Position numbers and translations under genes: made by a program
Origin: Proteromonas lacertae
Lineage: Eukaryota
Direction: 5' to 3'
Assembly (NCBI GenBank): GCA_002245135.1
Contig: NGBS01001178.1
Location: forward strand, 62,001 to 126,000
DNA length: 64,000 nt
Notes under the pieces: model-generated
What the model was told of the DNA's origin: nothing
Database searches by the model: none
What the model saw: only the letters and a program-made list of their open reading frames with translations
Shown here: piece after piece, positions 11,948-24,267 of the stretch
Layout: the number at the start of each line of letters is the position of its first letter
Position numbering within the stretch: the stretch's first letter is position 1

Positions 11948-14900
11948 ATGTGAATTATATTATTATTATTATTATTATTTTGAATTTATTGTGTTAGTAT
12001 AAATAAATATCAACTTATATAATACCCAATTCATTTATTCCATAGGATAATGAAGTTGGAATATCCCAAACTATTCTAAATTAAGAAACTATATTATTCA
12101 CTTCTAATATACTGCTCATTATACTTTCATCTAATCTGATTAATGTCACAGTATATGTTTGCTGGTTTTCTTCTTCAAGAATACCTAAGATTCTACCATT
12201 TAAAGGATCAAGTGATAGTCCTTTACTTAAATCAGGCTTAAACGTAAATACACATACATGCATGTTGATATTTGGAATATTGGATATTATTTTATCACAA
12301 ATCACATATTTTGCATTTGATTTAAATAATCAAACTCATTTTCCGAATTCATATATAGAATTAACAATAGTATTTATTATTTAGATTAATTTATACAAAA
12401 GACAAACATTTTGTTAATTTGTTGGTTGAAATAGATCACTATACTGAAACGACTGAACATGAATTTTGAAACGAAACAATTTCTATAAATTATTGAATCA
12501 AATGATGAAGGGTATCTAGAACATTCAACATGATTTAATTTCTTTTATTAATGTGATGTTAATACAAAAAATAGTTAAAATGTTATGAAATGTAAAGAAA
12601 GACAATAGAAAAAATCACATAAAAAGTCTAACTAACATATTATTTCCATGAATAGACAAATTTCAGTATTTTGATAATTGTTTATCAGTAACAGATATTA
12701 TATTATCATTCTAAAACACAAGTTTGATAGATTAACCAAAATATGATATTTATGAATTTAGTTTTTGATAATTCTTTCTTTTCTTATTCTAAAATTCCAT
12801 TTATTTTGAATATTCTAGTTGTTAGTTGGTTCAAAAAACTTCAACTAACAAAGATATGAAAGAATTGAAAGAAGATGTTCACATATTAAGAAATAGTTAA
12901 AATATTAGATAACTATAAAATGATAATAACATGTTAAATAATCTATTATCTCATCTACATGCAAAATAATTGATTGGAAAGTCAACTATACTATCACAAT
13001 TTACAAATATTCCATCTTCAACTATAACACTTCAACACAATAATGCATTCATTATTAATACTATTATAACCTTCATCACTTTCAGATATTGCACTACAAG
13101 TTAAAATATCTATTTATATCTCTTATACATTCTATAAATATTCAACTCCATCAGCAAATATTAATTATCATTAGCAGCACATTTATATCACATTTCATTA
13201 TCAAAAACACTAACTAACACTAAAAATTAACATTCATCATTTATATCATTACATCATGTGCAATATGCATTAATAGATCACAATTGAGTATTATTGTCTT
13301 TATCACACCTTCTTCAATTGAATTAAATCACATTTTAAGTTTGGGGTTATTCAAAATTTTGATAAAAATCTAATTTCGTTATTTTTGTTTTATATTTACA
13401 TAAAGATGATAATAAAAGTGAATAAAACAATAAGAGAAGAGGGGTATATATTATATTTATATTTATGATAGATTATGTCGAAAACTGGTTGAAAGTGGTT
13501 TTGGTGATATAGAAGTGAAGATTGGAGATAATCGAATAATGTCAATCAAATCAATTTTAGTGAATGGAAATGAAACTGTAAAGAAACTGTTATTAGATAG
13601 TGAGTTTGTTGGAGTTTTCGAGTTATATGAAGAAATCGAAGAAATTGGCTATTATGAGATGGAGAAATACTACAGTGGTGGTGAACTGATAATCTGTAAA
13701 GAGAATGTGTGTGAAGTGTTGATGTTTTGTTTATGTTATTGTGAAAAAGAGATAATAAATGATTGTTATGAATTTGTGAAGAATAATATAGATGAAGATG
13801 TGTTAATGAAATTAATTCATATCTGTAATGTATTTGGTGGATGTTTGAGAGATATAGAAGAATTGAAAAATATGGAAATAGAAAAGCGAGGATATAAATA
13901 TTTATATAAGAATGAATATTTGTTGAGATTAGAAATGAATAATTTGATAGAGATATTAAACATGAAAGATGTGATAATAGTGAATGAGTTATGGTTATTA
14001 AATCGATTATTAGAATGGTATAAATTCCAAAAGAATAACAATGATAATAAAGAGATAGAAGATGATTTTAAACAATTGATAGAAGAAGATATCGATAGTG
14101 AAAAGATAAAAGAGAAAGAGATAGAAAAAGAGAATAAAGAAATGTTGAAAGAAATGAAAATAGAATTGAAGAAAAATGAATGTAAAAATCATATAGAAAT
14201 ATATTTAATAAAAGATGAGAGAATTCAAAATGTAATAATGAACAAATACAATGAAGATAATGAAGACTTTAAAGAAGAAGAAAGAGGAATATTGGATAGA
14301 ATGAAAGAAGAAGAATTGAATGATGAAATAATGTGTATATTAGAAATGAATAATATAAAAATGATGGAAATAGTATTGATGATAATGAAATATAAAAATA
14401 TAAAAAAGGAAAGTATAAATGCTAAAAATATGTTTAAATAGAATATATCTCAAATACAGAAAAGAGAAATCTATTGGAAAGATTATGTATAGAATATAAT
14501 GAGAATAAAAGAAATCGAACAATGAAAAGTATATGTTTGTTTGTTGATGATAAAAAGAGTGTTTCATTAATGGAAGAAGTATGTGGAAAAGAGATTCTTT
14601 TTAGAATATTGAATGAAGATAATTGTCTAAATTCCAAATCAAAAGAAATATTAATAGAATATATAAAAGAGAATAAACTGAGTTTAAAAGAAGAAGAAGA
14701 AATGATAGAAATAATGAAAGATAAAGAATTATTGAATGAATTAAAAACAAAAGAAATCACATCATTTTCATATCCTCAATTCAGAATATTTATTTGGATT
14801 AAATGAAGAAATATCAATAATTCCATCATTTGATGGAAATCGATGTGAATTTTCAATCAATCCTTCATTGCCAGATGGTTTAATGATAGAAAAAGAGAAT

Positions 14901-15517
14901 GGAATAATTAATGGAAAAATGAATAAAGAAATCGAAAATAGAGAATATGAAATAAGTTGTAAGAATATTGTAAATGAAAAGAAATTCAAAATATCATTAG
15001 AATTTATGTTGGGAAGATTCACAGAATTAAACAAAAGTGATGGAATAACAATATCTAATAATGGAAAATTAATAAAAAATATATTCTATGGTTATTATCA
15101 TTGTTATTTAAATTTGAAAATGGAAGATGGAGTTTATCATATCAGATATCAATTTCATCAAAATGGATGTTATAATGATGATTTAATGTTAGGATTATCA
15201 ACTGATAATAAATATTCTGGTGATGATATTCATAATCAATCAACAACATGTAATTATTATGCATTTGATGGTAAAAGTCAAGATATTGCTCAATTTTGTC
15301 ATATTGGAAGAGTTGTTAATAAAAATCCAAATTTCAATAATCATGGAGATGGTTCAATTTATGAAATGATTGTTGATATAAATAAAAGAGAATTTTGGAT
15401 TAGTCATAATAATTCATCTCCTATTTTACTTGTTAAAGATTTACCTTATCCATTATATTCATATGCTGAATTATACATTTTAGAAGCTTCAATAGAATTA
15501 TTATCAATTTCTAATCA
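10888..15517 (+). repeat. Left arm of a ~4.6 kb inverted segmental duplication (partner 37468-42059)
   Basis: The G6PD 3' part, intergenic DNA, Ig fragment and BTB-SPRY gene all recur reverse-complemented, in the same order, at 37468-42059. Confidence 0.95.
12081..12305 (-). pseudogene. Fragment of a putative Ig-domain (He_PIG-like) gene
   Basis: FTFKPDLSKGLSLDPLNGRILG resembles the He_PIG motif; flanking frames are broken by stops. Confidence 0.5.
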
Positions 15518-15527
15518 AACAGGTTAG
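13406..15527 (+). CDS. BTB/BACK-like + He_PIG Ig-like + SPRY/B30.2-like protein, copy 1 (extra T at ~14780 breaks the frame)
   Basis: Intron 13444-13471 and a 29-nt intron ending at 14441 join the ORFs. GDIEVKI...YYSGGELII (BTB-like), FSINPSLPDGLMIEKENGIING (He_PIG-like), MLGLS...GSIYEMIVD..KREFWISHN...LYSY (SPRY-like). Reads CAATTCA where copies 2 and 3 read CAATCA. Confidence 0.75.
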
Positions 15528-15719
15528 ATAATATGAATATTTAAACATTTACATTCTTCATAATGTATTGTTGTTTATATTTTCGCAAAAACAAAGAAAA
15601 TATAAAAATAGTTTGAATTACTATATTCAAGGCTTGATTTTCATTTTTATAAAAATCCAAATAAAAAGTGATGCGGAAGTATTTTAATATAAATGATGTT
15701 ATGATGGTTATTATGGGAA

Positions 15720-16480
15720 GTGTTGATAAGAATCTAGTGAAATGATGAAGATATTGTAGCAGATTACCAGTTTTGTGTATTAGAGGTGTTTGTCAATCAA
15801 TATCCTATGCAGTTATGATTGATGATTTAATTGTCTATTTTATGAGTGACTTTATTTTGACTGAAGATATTTCCCATTATTTCATATTATTTCATATTCA
15901 TATCCTATTTGTTTATATTATATATTACACTTACCTCATTTCAGTTGATTATGATGTATTTATATGTAAAATTAGGTGTATTATCTACTTTGTTACCACT
16001 TGTTGTATTGTTTTTAAACTGATTTAATATCATCAATATAACTCGTAATACTTTACCCAAATGGTTAATCGAGTTTTATTATTTCATTCCAATGAGTTAT
16101 ATGATAAAAGGAATGACAATAAATGAATTTACAAGAGAATCATTTGATTTTCCAACAGATCAGAATGAAGAATGGCAATATTTGTTGATATTAATCTATG
16201 AATGTATTGTATTACATTATATTGTATATGATTCATTTCCACCAAGTAAAACCGTTTCAATAAAAGATGTGAAATCTGTTGATTTAACAAGCCAAAGTGA
16301 AATGAGTGGAAGATCTTCAGTTTCAGAAGTTAAATTTAACACAATTGATTTTTCATTTGAACATATAAAATATACAGTAAAAATAAAAGATGGAGATACT
16401 AAAAAGAAAGATAGATAAAATATTATTGAATGATGTAAGTGGATATGTTCTATCTCCCAGTATGACAACATTAATGAATG
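15720..16480 (+). pseudogene. Decayed PDR/ABCG transporter fragment
   Basis: FIPMSYMIKGMTINEF...FSFEHIKYTVKI...R*ILLNDVSGYV..MTTLM resembles the PDR TMD1-to-NBD2 junction; in-frame stops and frameshifts. Confidence 0.7.
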
Positions 16481-17392
16481 ATTTGAAGATATTATAATAA
16501 AATATATTTTATTCAATTTTTGTTGCTATTTGTAGCATATAAATAACTATAAAATACAGAATACTATTTTGTCCTTATATTTTGCTTTTAAATTTTGAGT
16601 TAGTATTTCTTTTTTATTCTTATATTTACTACTGATTTTATGACCTATATTCTTCTAATTCCACTAAAATTAAAACTAATATCAAGTATCATATTCTTCT
16701 TCAATTTTCGCTTCTTAATAAATATTAATTAATATATCCTTTTATTATTCAATATAACCTGACATAGACATATTTGACTAAATACATTCTACAAATGTTT
16801 CTAACACTATCAAAAGTTTAATTAGTTAGCATAGATAGTACTGATATCAAAATTATTACTCCATCATATCATATATATACTCCCGATATTTTGAATTGTA
16901 AAAATATATCAAAAAGATTGTCTTAAAGATTTCTTCATTTTAGAATTTCTTCTGTTATACGATTACAGATACTACTATTTAAGTATTTATTCTGTCTTAA
17001 GCATAATCTATCTTTTAATAGATCTTTTATTCTATTCACTATTAACCATCTCACTTTCGGCTTTAACACACTTTGTATTGATTTTTTAGTTTTACAACAG
17101 AAATATTTCTTCTTCTTTATTGTATTGTGAGCTATCAATAACATTTTCATATCTTATTTTACCTAATGAATTAATTATTGCTGAGTGTATATATAGAAGA
17201 AGAACAAGAACGAGAAATGTTTGCACGATTTAATAATTCAGCATTTTTATGTTCTACAATTTAATGAATATTTATACACTTCGATTATGAAGTAATTGAT
17301 TTTTTAAGCATCTTGATAATGAAGAATTTCAACAAAAATGAACAATTCAACAACAATAGAGTATAATACTATTTTTATATAAAAGAAACAAA

Positions 17393-18856
17393 TTAAGTAT
17401 TTTCATATAGTTTAATTTCTCTTTCAATTTTCAAAATCTCTTCTTTTCTATTTTCTATTTCATTTTTTACGTTTTGAACCATCACTTCTTTTTGTTCACA
17501 TTCTTCGGTTAGTGATTTAAGCATCCTTTCATATTTTCTATTTTAATATACAAGAAATAATATACTCTTGATTTTGTATTAGATAGTATAATGTTTCAAT
17601 TTGATTGTATCTATCTTGTAACAAATAAATAGCATGATTTATGGAAGGTTTATATTCTTTAATCATTTTATCAATTTCTTGTTTTATCTTATCATTATCT
17701 AATACCTCAATTTTTGGAATTTTCATAACTCTGTGTAAAATTTCATTTTCAATTTTAGTAAAATCAATTGGAATATATTTCGGTGATATATTTAATTCAC
17801 TATTATTAAATTTCAATATAGCAATATCATCCAGTTTATTTATATCATTTAGCCCACCTATATATATTATAATATTTTTATTTGCTATATAAACTGATGA
17901 ATGTTTTTCTCTTGGCTGTGGTAATTCTCCTTCCACTTTTATTAAATTATTATTATTATCTATTGAAACATCTAAAATATTATTATTATTATCAATCCAT
18001 TTATGTATATTAATATCAAATAATGAGATATTACTATTCTTTCTATGTCCAGAATGGCCTCCAAATTGTAAAATTATATTATTTGATATTAAATTACAAG
18101 TTTGATTATAAACAGCATAATTAGTAGTGTTAATTTCATATTTTTCCCAATTATAATCAGGTAAAGAAAGTGAATAAATGTCTTTACAAATAGAAGAATT
18201 CTTTTTATTGGAAGAATAATCTGTACCTCCGATTATATATATTTTATCTTTAATTATAACACTACTGTGTCCATCTCTACATAAAGGAATACTTTCACCT
18301 GTGCATTTTATATTGGTCAGTCGATTTTCTCTTATTTCATATAATAATATTGACATTTCTTCTTCTTTTCTCCCTGTTCCTCCAATTATTAAAAGACTAT
18401 TACAACTTATTGGAATTGTAGTGTGAAATGCTAATGGTGGAAGGGATGGAGATGTGGTGATCTTTCTCCAGACTGATGTAGATATATTGTAAGCATATAT
18501 ATCATTCAAACGAGTGGTATTATATCCTCCAATTATGTAAACATCATCGTTTACTAATGTTGCTGTATGACCTGAACGTGGAGTTGGAATGTCTCCTATT
18601 ATTCAATATATAAACTGGATATAGTTATACCTTCAGCATTAATCAATTTTAGTTTATAATCCTCTAATGACATTGAGTATAATTTATTTTCAACTTCTAC
18701 ATCTACTCCTCCAAATATGAATATTTCATTGGTTGCTATATTGTAAGTGGAAGTATGTCCACAAACCGGAAGGAAAACATCTGAATTTGGAGGTGATGGA
18801 AGCTATTATGGTATAATAATATTCATTAAAATAAATACCCATGTGAAAGAATACAT
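17393..18856 (-). CDS. Kelch-repeat beta-propeller protein with C-terminal coiled coil
   Basis: Repeated PR.GH(T/S)...IY(I/V)IGG motifs; 3 introns traced; stop at 17393-17395. Confidence 0.85.
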
Positions 18857-19006
18857 TTTTGAATTTTTAAAATTCACAGAAAACAATCGTTGTTAACAAT
18901 CGATACAGCAATCGATAGTTATCTTCTTCTCGAATGTTCAAGAATCATTTGTTGAAACGACAATAATTTCTCTTCTTATTCTTAACAACCTAAGCACTGC
19001 TTGAAA

Positions 19007-22000
19007 ATGACTTATTCAGATAAATTATTACTCAATGAAGTTGATGTTGCTGGTAAGAGAGTATTAATTCGTGTTGATTTTAATGTACCAATGAAAGACG
19101 GTAAAATCACCAATACTAACAGAATTGATTGTACATTACCAACAATTGAATATTGTATAAAGAATGGTGCAAAAGCTATAATTTTAATGTCTCATTTAGG
19201 AAGACCTCAAGGAAACAAAGTTCCTGAAATGAGTTTAAAACCAGTTGCTACATGTTTAAGTGAAAAATTACATCATGAAGTAAAATTCTTAGATGATTGT
19301 CAAAGTAAAGAAACAATAGAAGCTTGTAAAAATCCCAGTAATGGAAGTATATTCTTATTAGAAAACTTGAGATTCTATGCTGAAGAAGAAGGAAGTGGAG
19401 TAAAAGATGGTAAAAAATTTAAACCGAGTGAAGAGAATGTGAAGTTATTTCGAGAACGATTAAGTGAACTAGGTGATATTTATATAAACGATGCATTTGG
19501 AACAGCTCATCGTGGTCACAGTTCAATGGTGGGAATAAATTTACCAATTCGAGCCAGTGGTTTCTTGATGGGAAAAGAATTACATTTCTTTGGAATGGCG
19601 TTAGAGAATCCTAAACATCCATTTACAGCGATTGTAGGTGGAAGTAAAGTAAGTGATAAAATCCAATTATTAAAGAATCTGATAGATAAAGTCGATAATT
19701 TATTGATTGGCGGTGGAATGGCATTTACATTCTTAAAAGTATTAAATAACATGAAGATAGGAAGTAGTTTATATGATGAAGAAGGCAGTAAGATAGTGAA
19801 AGAGATAATGGATAAAGCTAAAGCTAAGAATGTAAAGATTTTATTACCAAGTGATTTTATAATAGGAGATAAGATAGATGAGAGTAGTAAAGTAGAAGAA
19901 GCAACAATCAAGAGTGGAATCAAAGATGGTTATTTGGGTTTAGATATAGGTAAAGAAAGTTTAAAAGAATTTGGGGAAGTAATAAAAGAAAGTAAGACAA
20001 TAATTTGGAATGGTCCTGTAGGTGTATTTGAAGTAAGTCATTTCAGTAAAGGAAGTAAAGGTATATTAGAATTTGTAGGTGAATCAACCAAGACTGGAGG
20101 AATAACAATCGTTGGTGGAGGAGATACAGCTACATGTGTTCAAAAGAATAATGGAGATAAACTAGTAAGTCATATCAGTACTGGTGGAGGTGCAACATTA
20201 GAGTTATTAGAAGGAAAAGAACTACCAGGAGTTGCTGCATTATCAATTAGAGATAAGAATGCAATTTCAAGTAAATTAACTTTAAGTGATTGTAATGTAA
20301 GTGGACAAAGAGTATTAATTCGTGTTGATTTTAATGTACCAATGAAAGACGGTAAAATCACCAATACTAACAGAATTGATTGTACATTACCAACAATTGA
20401 ATATTGTATAAAGAATAGTGCAAAAGCTATAATTTTAATGTCTCATTTAGGAAGACCTCAAGGAAACAAAGTTCCTGAAATGAGTTTAAAACCAGTTGCT
20501 ACATGTTTAAGTGAAAAATTACATCATGAAGTAAAATTCTTAGATGATTGTCAAAGTAAAGAAACAATAGAAGCTTGTAAAAATCCCAGTAATGGAAGTA
20601 TATTCTTATTAGAAAACTTGAGATTCTATGCTGAAGAAGAAGGAAGTGGAGTAAAAGATGGTAAAAAATTTAAACCGAGTGAAGAGAATGTGAAGTTATT
20701 TCGAGAACGATTAAGTGAACTAGGTGATATTTATATAAACGATGCATTTGGAACAGCTCATCGTGGTCACAGTTCAATGGTGGGAATAAATTTACCAATT
20801 CGAGCCAGTGGTTTCTTGATGGGAAAAGAATTACATTTCTTTGGAATGGCGTTAGAGAATCCTAAACATCCATTTACAGCGATTGTAGGTGGAAGTAAAG
20901 TAAGTGATAAAATCCAATTATTAAAGAATCTGATAGATAAAGTCGATAATTTATTGATTGGCGGTGGAATGGCATTTACATTCTTAAAAGTATTAAATAA
21001 CATGAAGATAGGAAGTAGTTTATATGATGAAGAAGGCAGTAAGATAGTGAAAGAGATAATGGATAAAGCTAAAGCTAAGAATGTAAAGATTTTATTACCA
21101 AGTGATTTTATAATAGGAGATAAGATAGATGAGAGTAGTAAAGTAGAAGAAGCAACAATCAAGAGTGGAATCAAAGATGGTTATTTGGGTTTAGATATAG
21201 GTAAAGAAAGTTTAAAAGAATTTGGGGAAGTAATAAAAGAAAGTAAGACAATAATTTGGAATGGTCCTGTAGGTGTATTTGAAGTAAGTCATTTCAGTAA
21301 AGGAAGTAAAGGTATATTAGAATTTGTAGGTGAATCAACCAAGACTGGAGGAATAACAATCGTTGGTGGAGGAGATACAGCTACATGTGTTCAAAAGAAT
21401 AATGGAGATAAACTAGTAAGTCATATCAGTACTGGTGGAGGTGCAACATTAGAGTTATTAGAAGGAAAAGAACTACCAGGAGTTGCTGCATTATCAATTA
21501 GAGATAAGAATGCAATTTCAAGTAAATTAACTTTAAGTGATTGTAATGTAAGTGGACAAAGAGTATTAATTCGTGTTGATTTTAATGTACCAATGAAAGA
21601 CGGTAAAATCACCAATACTAACAGAATTGATTGTACATTACCAACAATTGAATATTGTATAAAGAATAGTGCAAAAGCTATAATTTTAATGTCTCATTTA
21701 GGAAGACCTCAAGGAAACAAAGTTCCTGAAATGAGTTTAAAACCAGTTGCTACATGTTTAAGTGAAAAATTACATCATGAAGTAAAATTCTTAGATGATT
21801 GTCAAAGTAAAGAAACAATAGAAGCTTGTAAAAATCCCAGTAATGGAAGTATATTCTTATTAGAAAACTTGAGATTCTATGCTGAAGAAGAAGGAAGTGG
21901 AGTAAAAGATGGTAAAAAATTTAAACCGAGTGAAGAGAATGTGAAGTTATTTCGAGAACGATTAAGTGAACTAGGTGATATTTATATAAACGATGCATTT

Positions 22001-22783
22001 GGAACAGCTCATCGTGGTCACAGTTCAATGGTGGGAATAAATTTACCAATTCGAGCCAGTGGTTTCTTGATGGGAAAAGAATTACATTTCTTTGGAATGG
22101 CGTTAGAGAATCCTAAACATCCATTTACAGCGATTGTAGGTGGAAGTAAAGTAAGTGATAAAATCCAATTATTAAAGAATCTGATAGATAAAGTCGATAA
22201 TTTATTGATTGGCGGTGGAATGGCATTTACATTCTTAAAAGTATTAAATAACATGAAGATAGGAAGTAGTTTATATGATGAAGAAGGCAGTAAGATAGTG
22301 AAAGAGATAATGGATAAAGCTAAAGCTAAGAATGTAAAGATTTTATTACCAAGTGATTTTATAATAGGAGATAAGATAGATGAGAGTAGTAAAGTAGAAG
22401 AAGCAACAATCAAGAGTGGAATCAAAGATGGTTATTTGGGTTTAGATATAGGTAAAGAAAGTTTAAAAGAATTTGGGGAAGTAATAAAAGAAAGTAAGAC
22501 AATAATTTGGAATGGTCCTGTAGGTGTATTTGAAGTAAGTCATTTCAGTAAAGGAAGTAAAGGTATATTAGAATTTGTAGGTGAATCAACCAAGACTGGA
22601 GGAATAACAATCGTTGGTGGAGGAGATACAGCTACATGTGTTCAAAAGAATAATGGAGATAAACTAGTAAGTCATATCAGTACTGGTGGAGGTGCATCTT
22701 TAGAATTACTTGAAGGTAAGGTTCTTCCTGGTATTACTGCATTATCTGGAAAGAATGAAAGTAAGTCATGTATTATTATGTAA
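19007..22783 (+). CDS. PGK: Tandem triple phosphoglycerate kinase polyprotein with C-terminal CaaX (CIIM)
   Basis: Three complete PGK domains (RVDFNVP, SHLGRP, LLENLRF, DAFGTAHR, WNGPVGVFE, GGGDT, STGGGA) in one intronless ORF; ATG at 19007. Confidence 0.95.
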   Translation: MTYSDKLLLNEVDVAGKRVLIRVDFNVPMKDGKITNTNRIDCTLPTIEYCIKNGAKAIILMSHLGRPQGNKVPEMSLKPVATCLSEKLHHEVKFLDDCQSKETIEACKNPSNGSIFLLENLRFYAEEEGSGVKDGKKFKPSEENVKLFRERLSELGDIYINDAFGTAHRGHSSMVGINLPIRASGFLMGKELHFFGMALENPKHPFTAIVGGSKVSDKIQLLKNLIDKVDNLLIGGGMAFTFLKVLNNMKIGSSLYDEEGSKIVKEIMDKAKAKNVKILLPSDFIIGDKIDESSKVEEATIKSGIKDGYLGLDIGKESLKEFGEVIKESKTIIWNGPVGVFEVSHFSKGSKGILEFVGESTKTGGITIVGGGDTATCVQKNNGDKLVSHISTGGGATLELLEGKELPGVAALSIRDKNAISSKLTLSDCNVSGQRVLIRVDFNVPMKDGKITNTNRIDCTLPTIEYCIKNSAKAIILMSHLGRPQGNKVPEMSLKPVATCLSEKLHHEVKFLDDCQSKETIEACKNPSNGSIFLLENLRFYAEEEGSGVKDGKKFKPSEENVKLFRERLSELGDIYINDAFGTAHRGHSSMVGINLPIRASGFLMGKELHFFGMALENPKHPFTAIVGGSKVSDKIQLLKNLIDKVDNLLIGGGMAFTFLKVLNNMKIGSSLYDEEGSKIVKEIMDKAKAKNVKILLPSDFIIGDKIDESSKVEEATIKSGIKDGYLGLDIGKESLKEFGEVIKESKTIIWNGPVGVFEVSHFSKGSKGILEFVGESTKTGGITIVGGGDTATCVQKNNGDKLVSHISTGGGATLELLEGKELPGVAALSIRDKNAISSKLTLSDCNVSGQRVLIRVDFNVPMKDGKITNTNRIDCTLPTIEYCIKNSAKAIILMSHLGRPQGNKVPEMSLKPVATCLSEKLHHEVKFLDDCQSKETIEACKNPSNGSIFLLENLRFYAEEEGSGVKDGKKFKPSEENVKLFRERLSELGDIYINDAFGTAHRGHSSMVGINLPIRASGFLMGKELHFFGMALENPKHPFTAIVGGSKVSDKIQLLKNLIDKVDNLLIGGGMAFTFLKVLNNMKIGSSLYDEEGSKIVKEIMDKAKAKNVKILLPSDFIIGDKIDESSKVEEATIKSGIKDGYLGLDIGKESLKEFGEVIKESKTIIWNGPVGVFEVSHFSKGSKGILEFVGESTKTGGITIVGGGDTATCVQKNNGDKLVSHISTGGGASLELLEGKVLPGITALSGKNESKSCIIM
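19058..22696 (+). repeat. 1251-bp tandem repeat (~2.9 units) inside PGK
   Basis: Units start at 19058, 20309 and 21560. The only difference I noticed is G19166 versus A20417/A21668. Confidence 0.97.
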
Positions 22784-22993
22784 AAAGAAGAATGAAGATA
22801 ATAAACATCATATTATAGAAAAAATAAAGAGAACATTAATTATCATTCATATACTAAAACTATTTTTTTGTTTCTTATACTAAAAATAATAAAATTATAC
22901 AACGACAATAATAACAATCTAATATACATACTACCATAACATGTAATATATCCAGCATATATATATATATATATATAATCTCATAATCCATTT

Positions 22994-24021
22994 TCATAGT
23001 CTGTCAATTTCAATCACACATGTTGACACATTTCTTAACGACGATCTAACACTTCTATTACATTTCGGTTTACTAGCATCACTTGCCTTTTCTTTAATCG
23101 AAGGTCTTCCAAATGAAGTATTTAATGAATTTCTCACAATTCTATGAATCACTGATATTTTTGGATAATATAATGAACAAGTATAACGAATAACTTGTTC
23201 AAATGTTGAATCAACTTTGTCTTGTGGATATGAATAATCATATTGATAAAGTGGTGGTAAATTAAAAATATATCTTTTAAAAACATCACAACATCTTTCA
23301 TTAGGATATTTGTTGTTTTTTGTGTAATAATCTTGAATTATTCGAATATTTGAATTTCTAAATTCTATTCTTCGACATATTTCTGCTCCAACCATACATC
23401 TTATTTCATTTTGTAAAGATACATACTGTTGAAATACTATTGGCATTTTGGTGTACAACGTGACGATATCTTCAAAATATATGTACAATTTATTAATTCC
23501 GAATACAGATGCTAAAGCTGTATCTATACTAACAGGACAATGAATTTTTGTGCAAAATAACTGGAAAGTAGGCTATAAATGTGTAATCATAATTAATACA
23601 AATGACAGTGGAGTGTATGGAGATACTTGAAATGATGCTAACAACACTATAACAATATATATATAAGAATACATTTCAATGTATACTCAGGTGGTAAGAA
23701 TAAAATGGACAAGATATACCAAATAAACTGGGATGATGTAAATTCTTCTATAAGTATATTACTAGTAGTTTATACTATATATAGAGCCTAAAGCTAAATT
23801 CACAGGGTTTGTTCCAGCAGATCCACGAATTATATTTGTAGGTGTGACATTATTACTATAATATAGGTATTATACAATTAATATACTATTTGGATTTAAC
23901 ATCATAATATAATTTGAAGAAATAAGATACTTCTTGATTATTTACTAAATGTAACTGGATAATATATACGATATAAGTATCTTACGATTAACAAAGTATT
24001 ACCACTAAGTTCTTCTCCCAT
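22994..24021 (-). CDS. Uncharacterised family protein, paralog 1 of 3
   Basis: Five introns traced; clear similarity to 24268-25334 and 26765-27833 (YPxExC...PPxYxYDYS). Confidence 0.75.
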
Positions 24022-24267
24022 AATTACATATAAAATCAGAAAAAATTAAAAAAACAAATTTCTATTCGAACATGTTTGAAAAAATAATATTTCAAAAAAG
24101 CATAGTTAATTAGTTTATAAGATTGTTTGTAGAGGATAACATCATAAGAAAGCATCAAATTAGTCTCATAGATTAAATATTGAGTTAACCTTTTAAAATA
24201 ATCACAAATTGAATTAAACTAATACTTTAATTCTTTTAAATTACTTAATTTAAACATCCTATATTTA

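Noticed and set aside
14439..14441. Conserved TAG in the middle of all three BTB-SPRY copies, suggesting readthrough or two-gene cassettes
   Set aside because: The TAG is the 3' splice site of a 29-nt GT-AG intron; splicing gives a continuous frame (KKEKYISNTEKRNLLERL).
15000..15527. Diversity-generating retroelement as the cause of SPRY variability
   Set aside because: No reverse transcriptase or non-coding template repeat in the window. Differences include indels and changes such as TCT/CCT, and NNT codons are expected from the AT bias.
16900..17315. Possible minus-strand gene downstream of the kelch gene
   Set aside because: No splice model gave an open frame and no motif was recognised; treated as decayed or non-coding.
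19058..22696. CRISPR-like or mobile-element interpretation of the long repeats
   Set aside because: The repeats are in-frame coding PGK units with no spacers; no cas, transposase or integrase sequence was seen.
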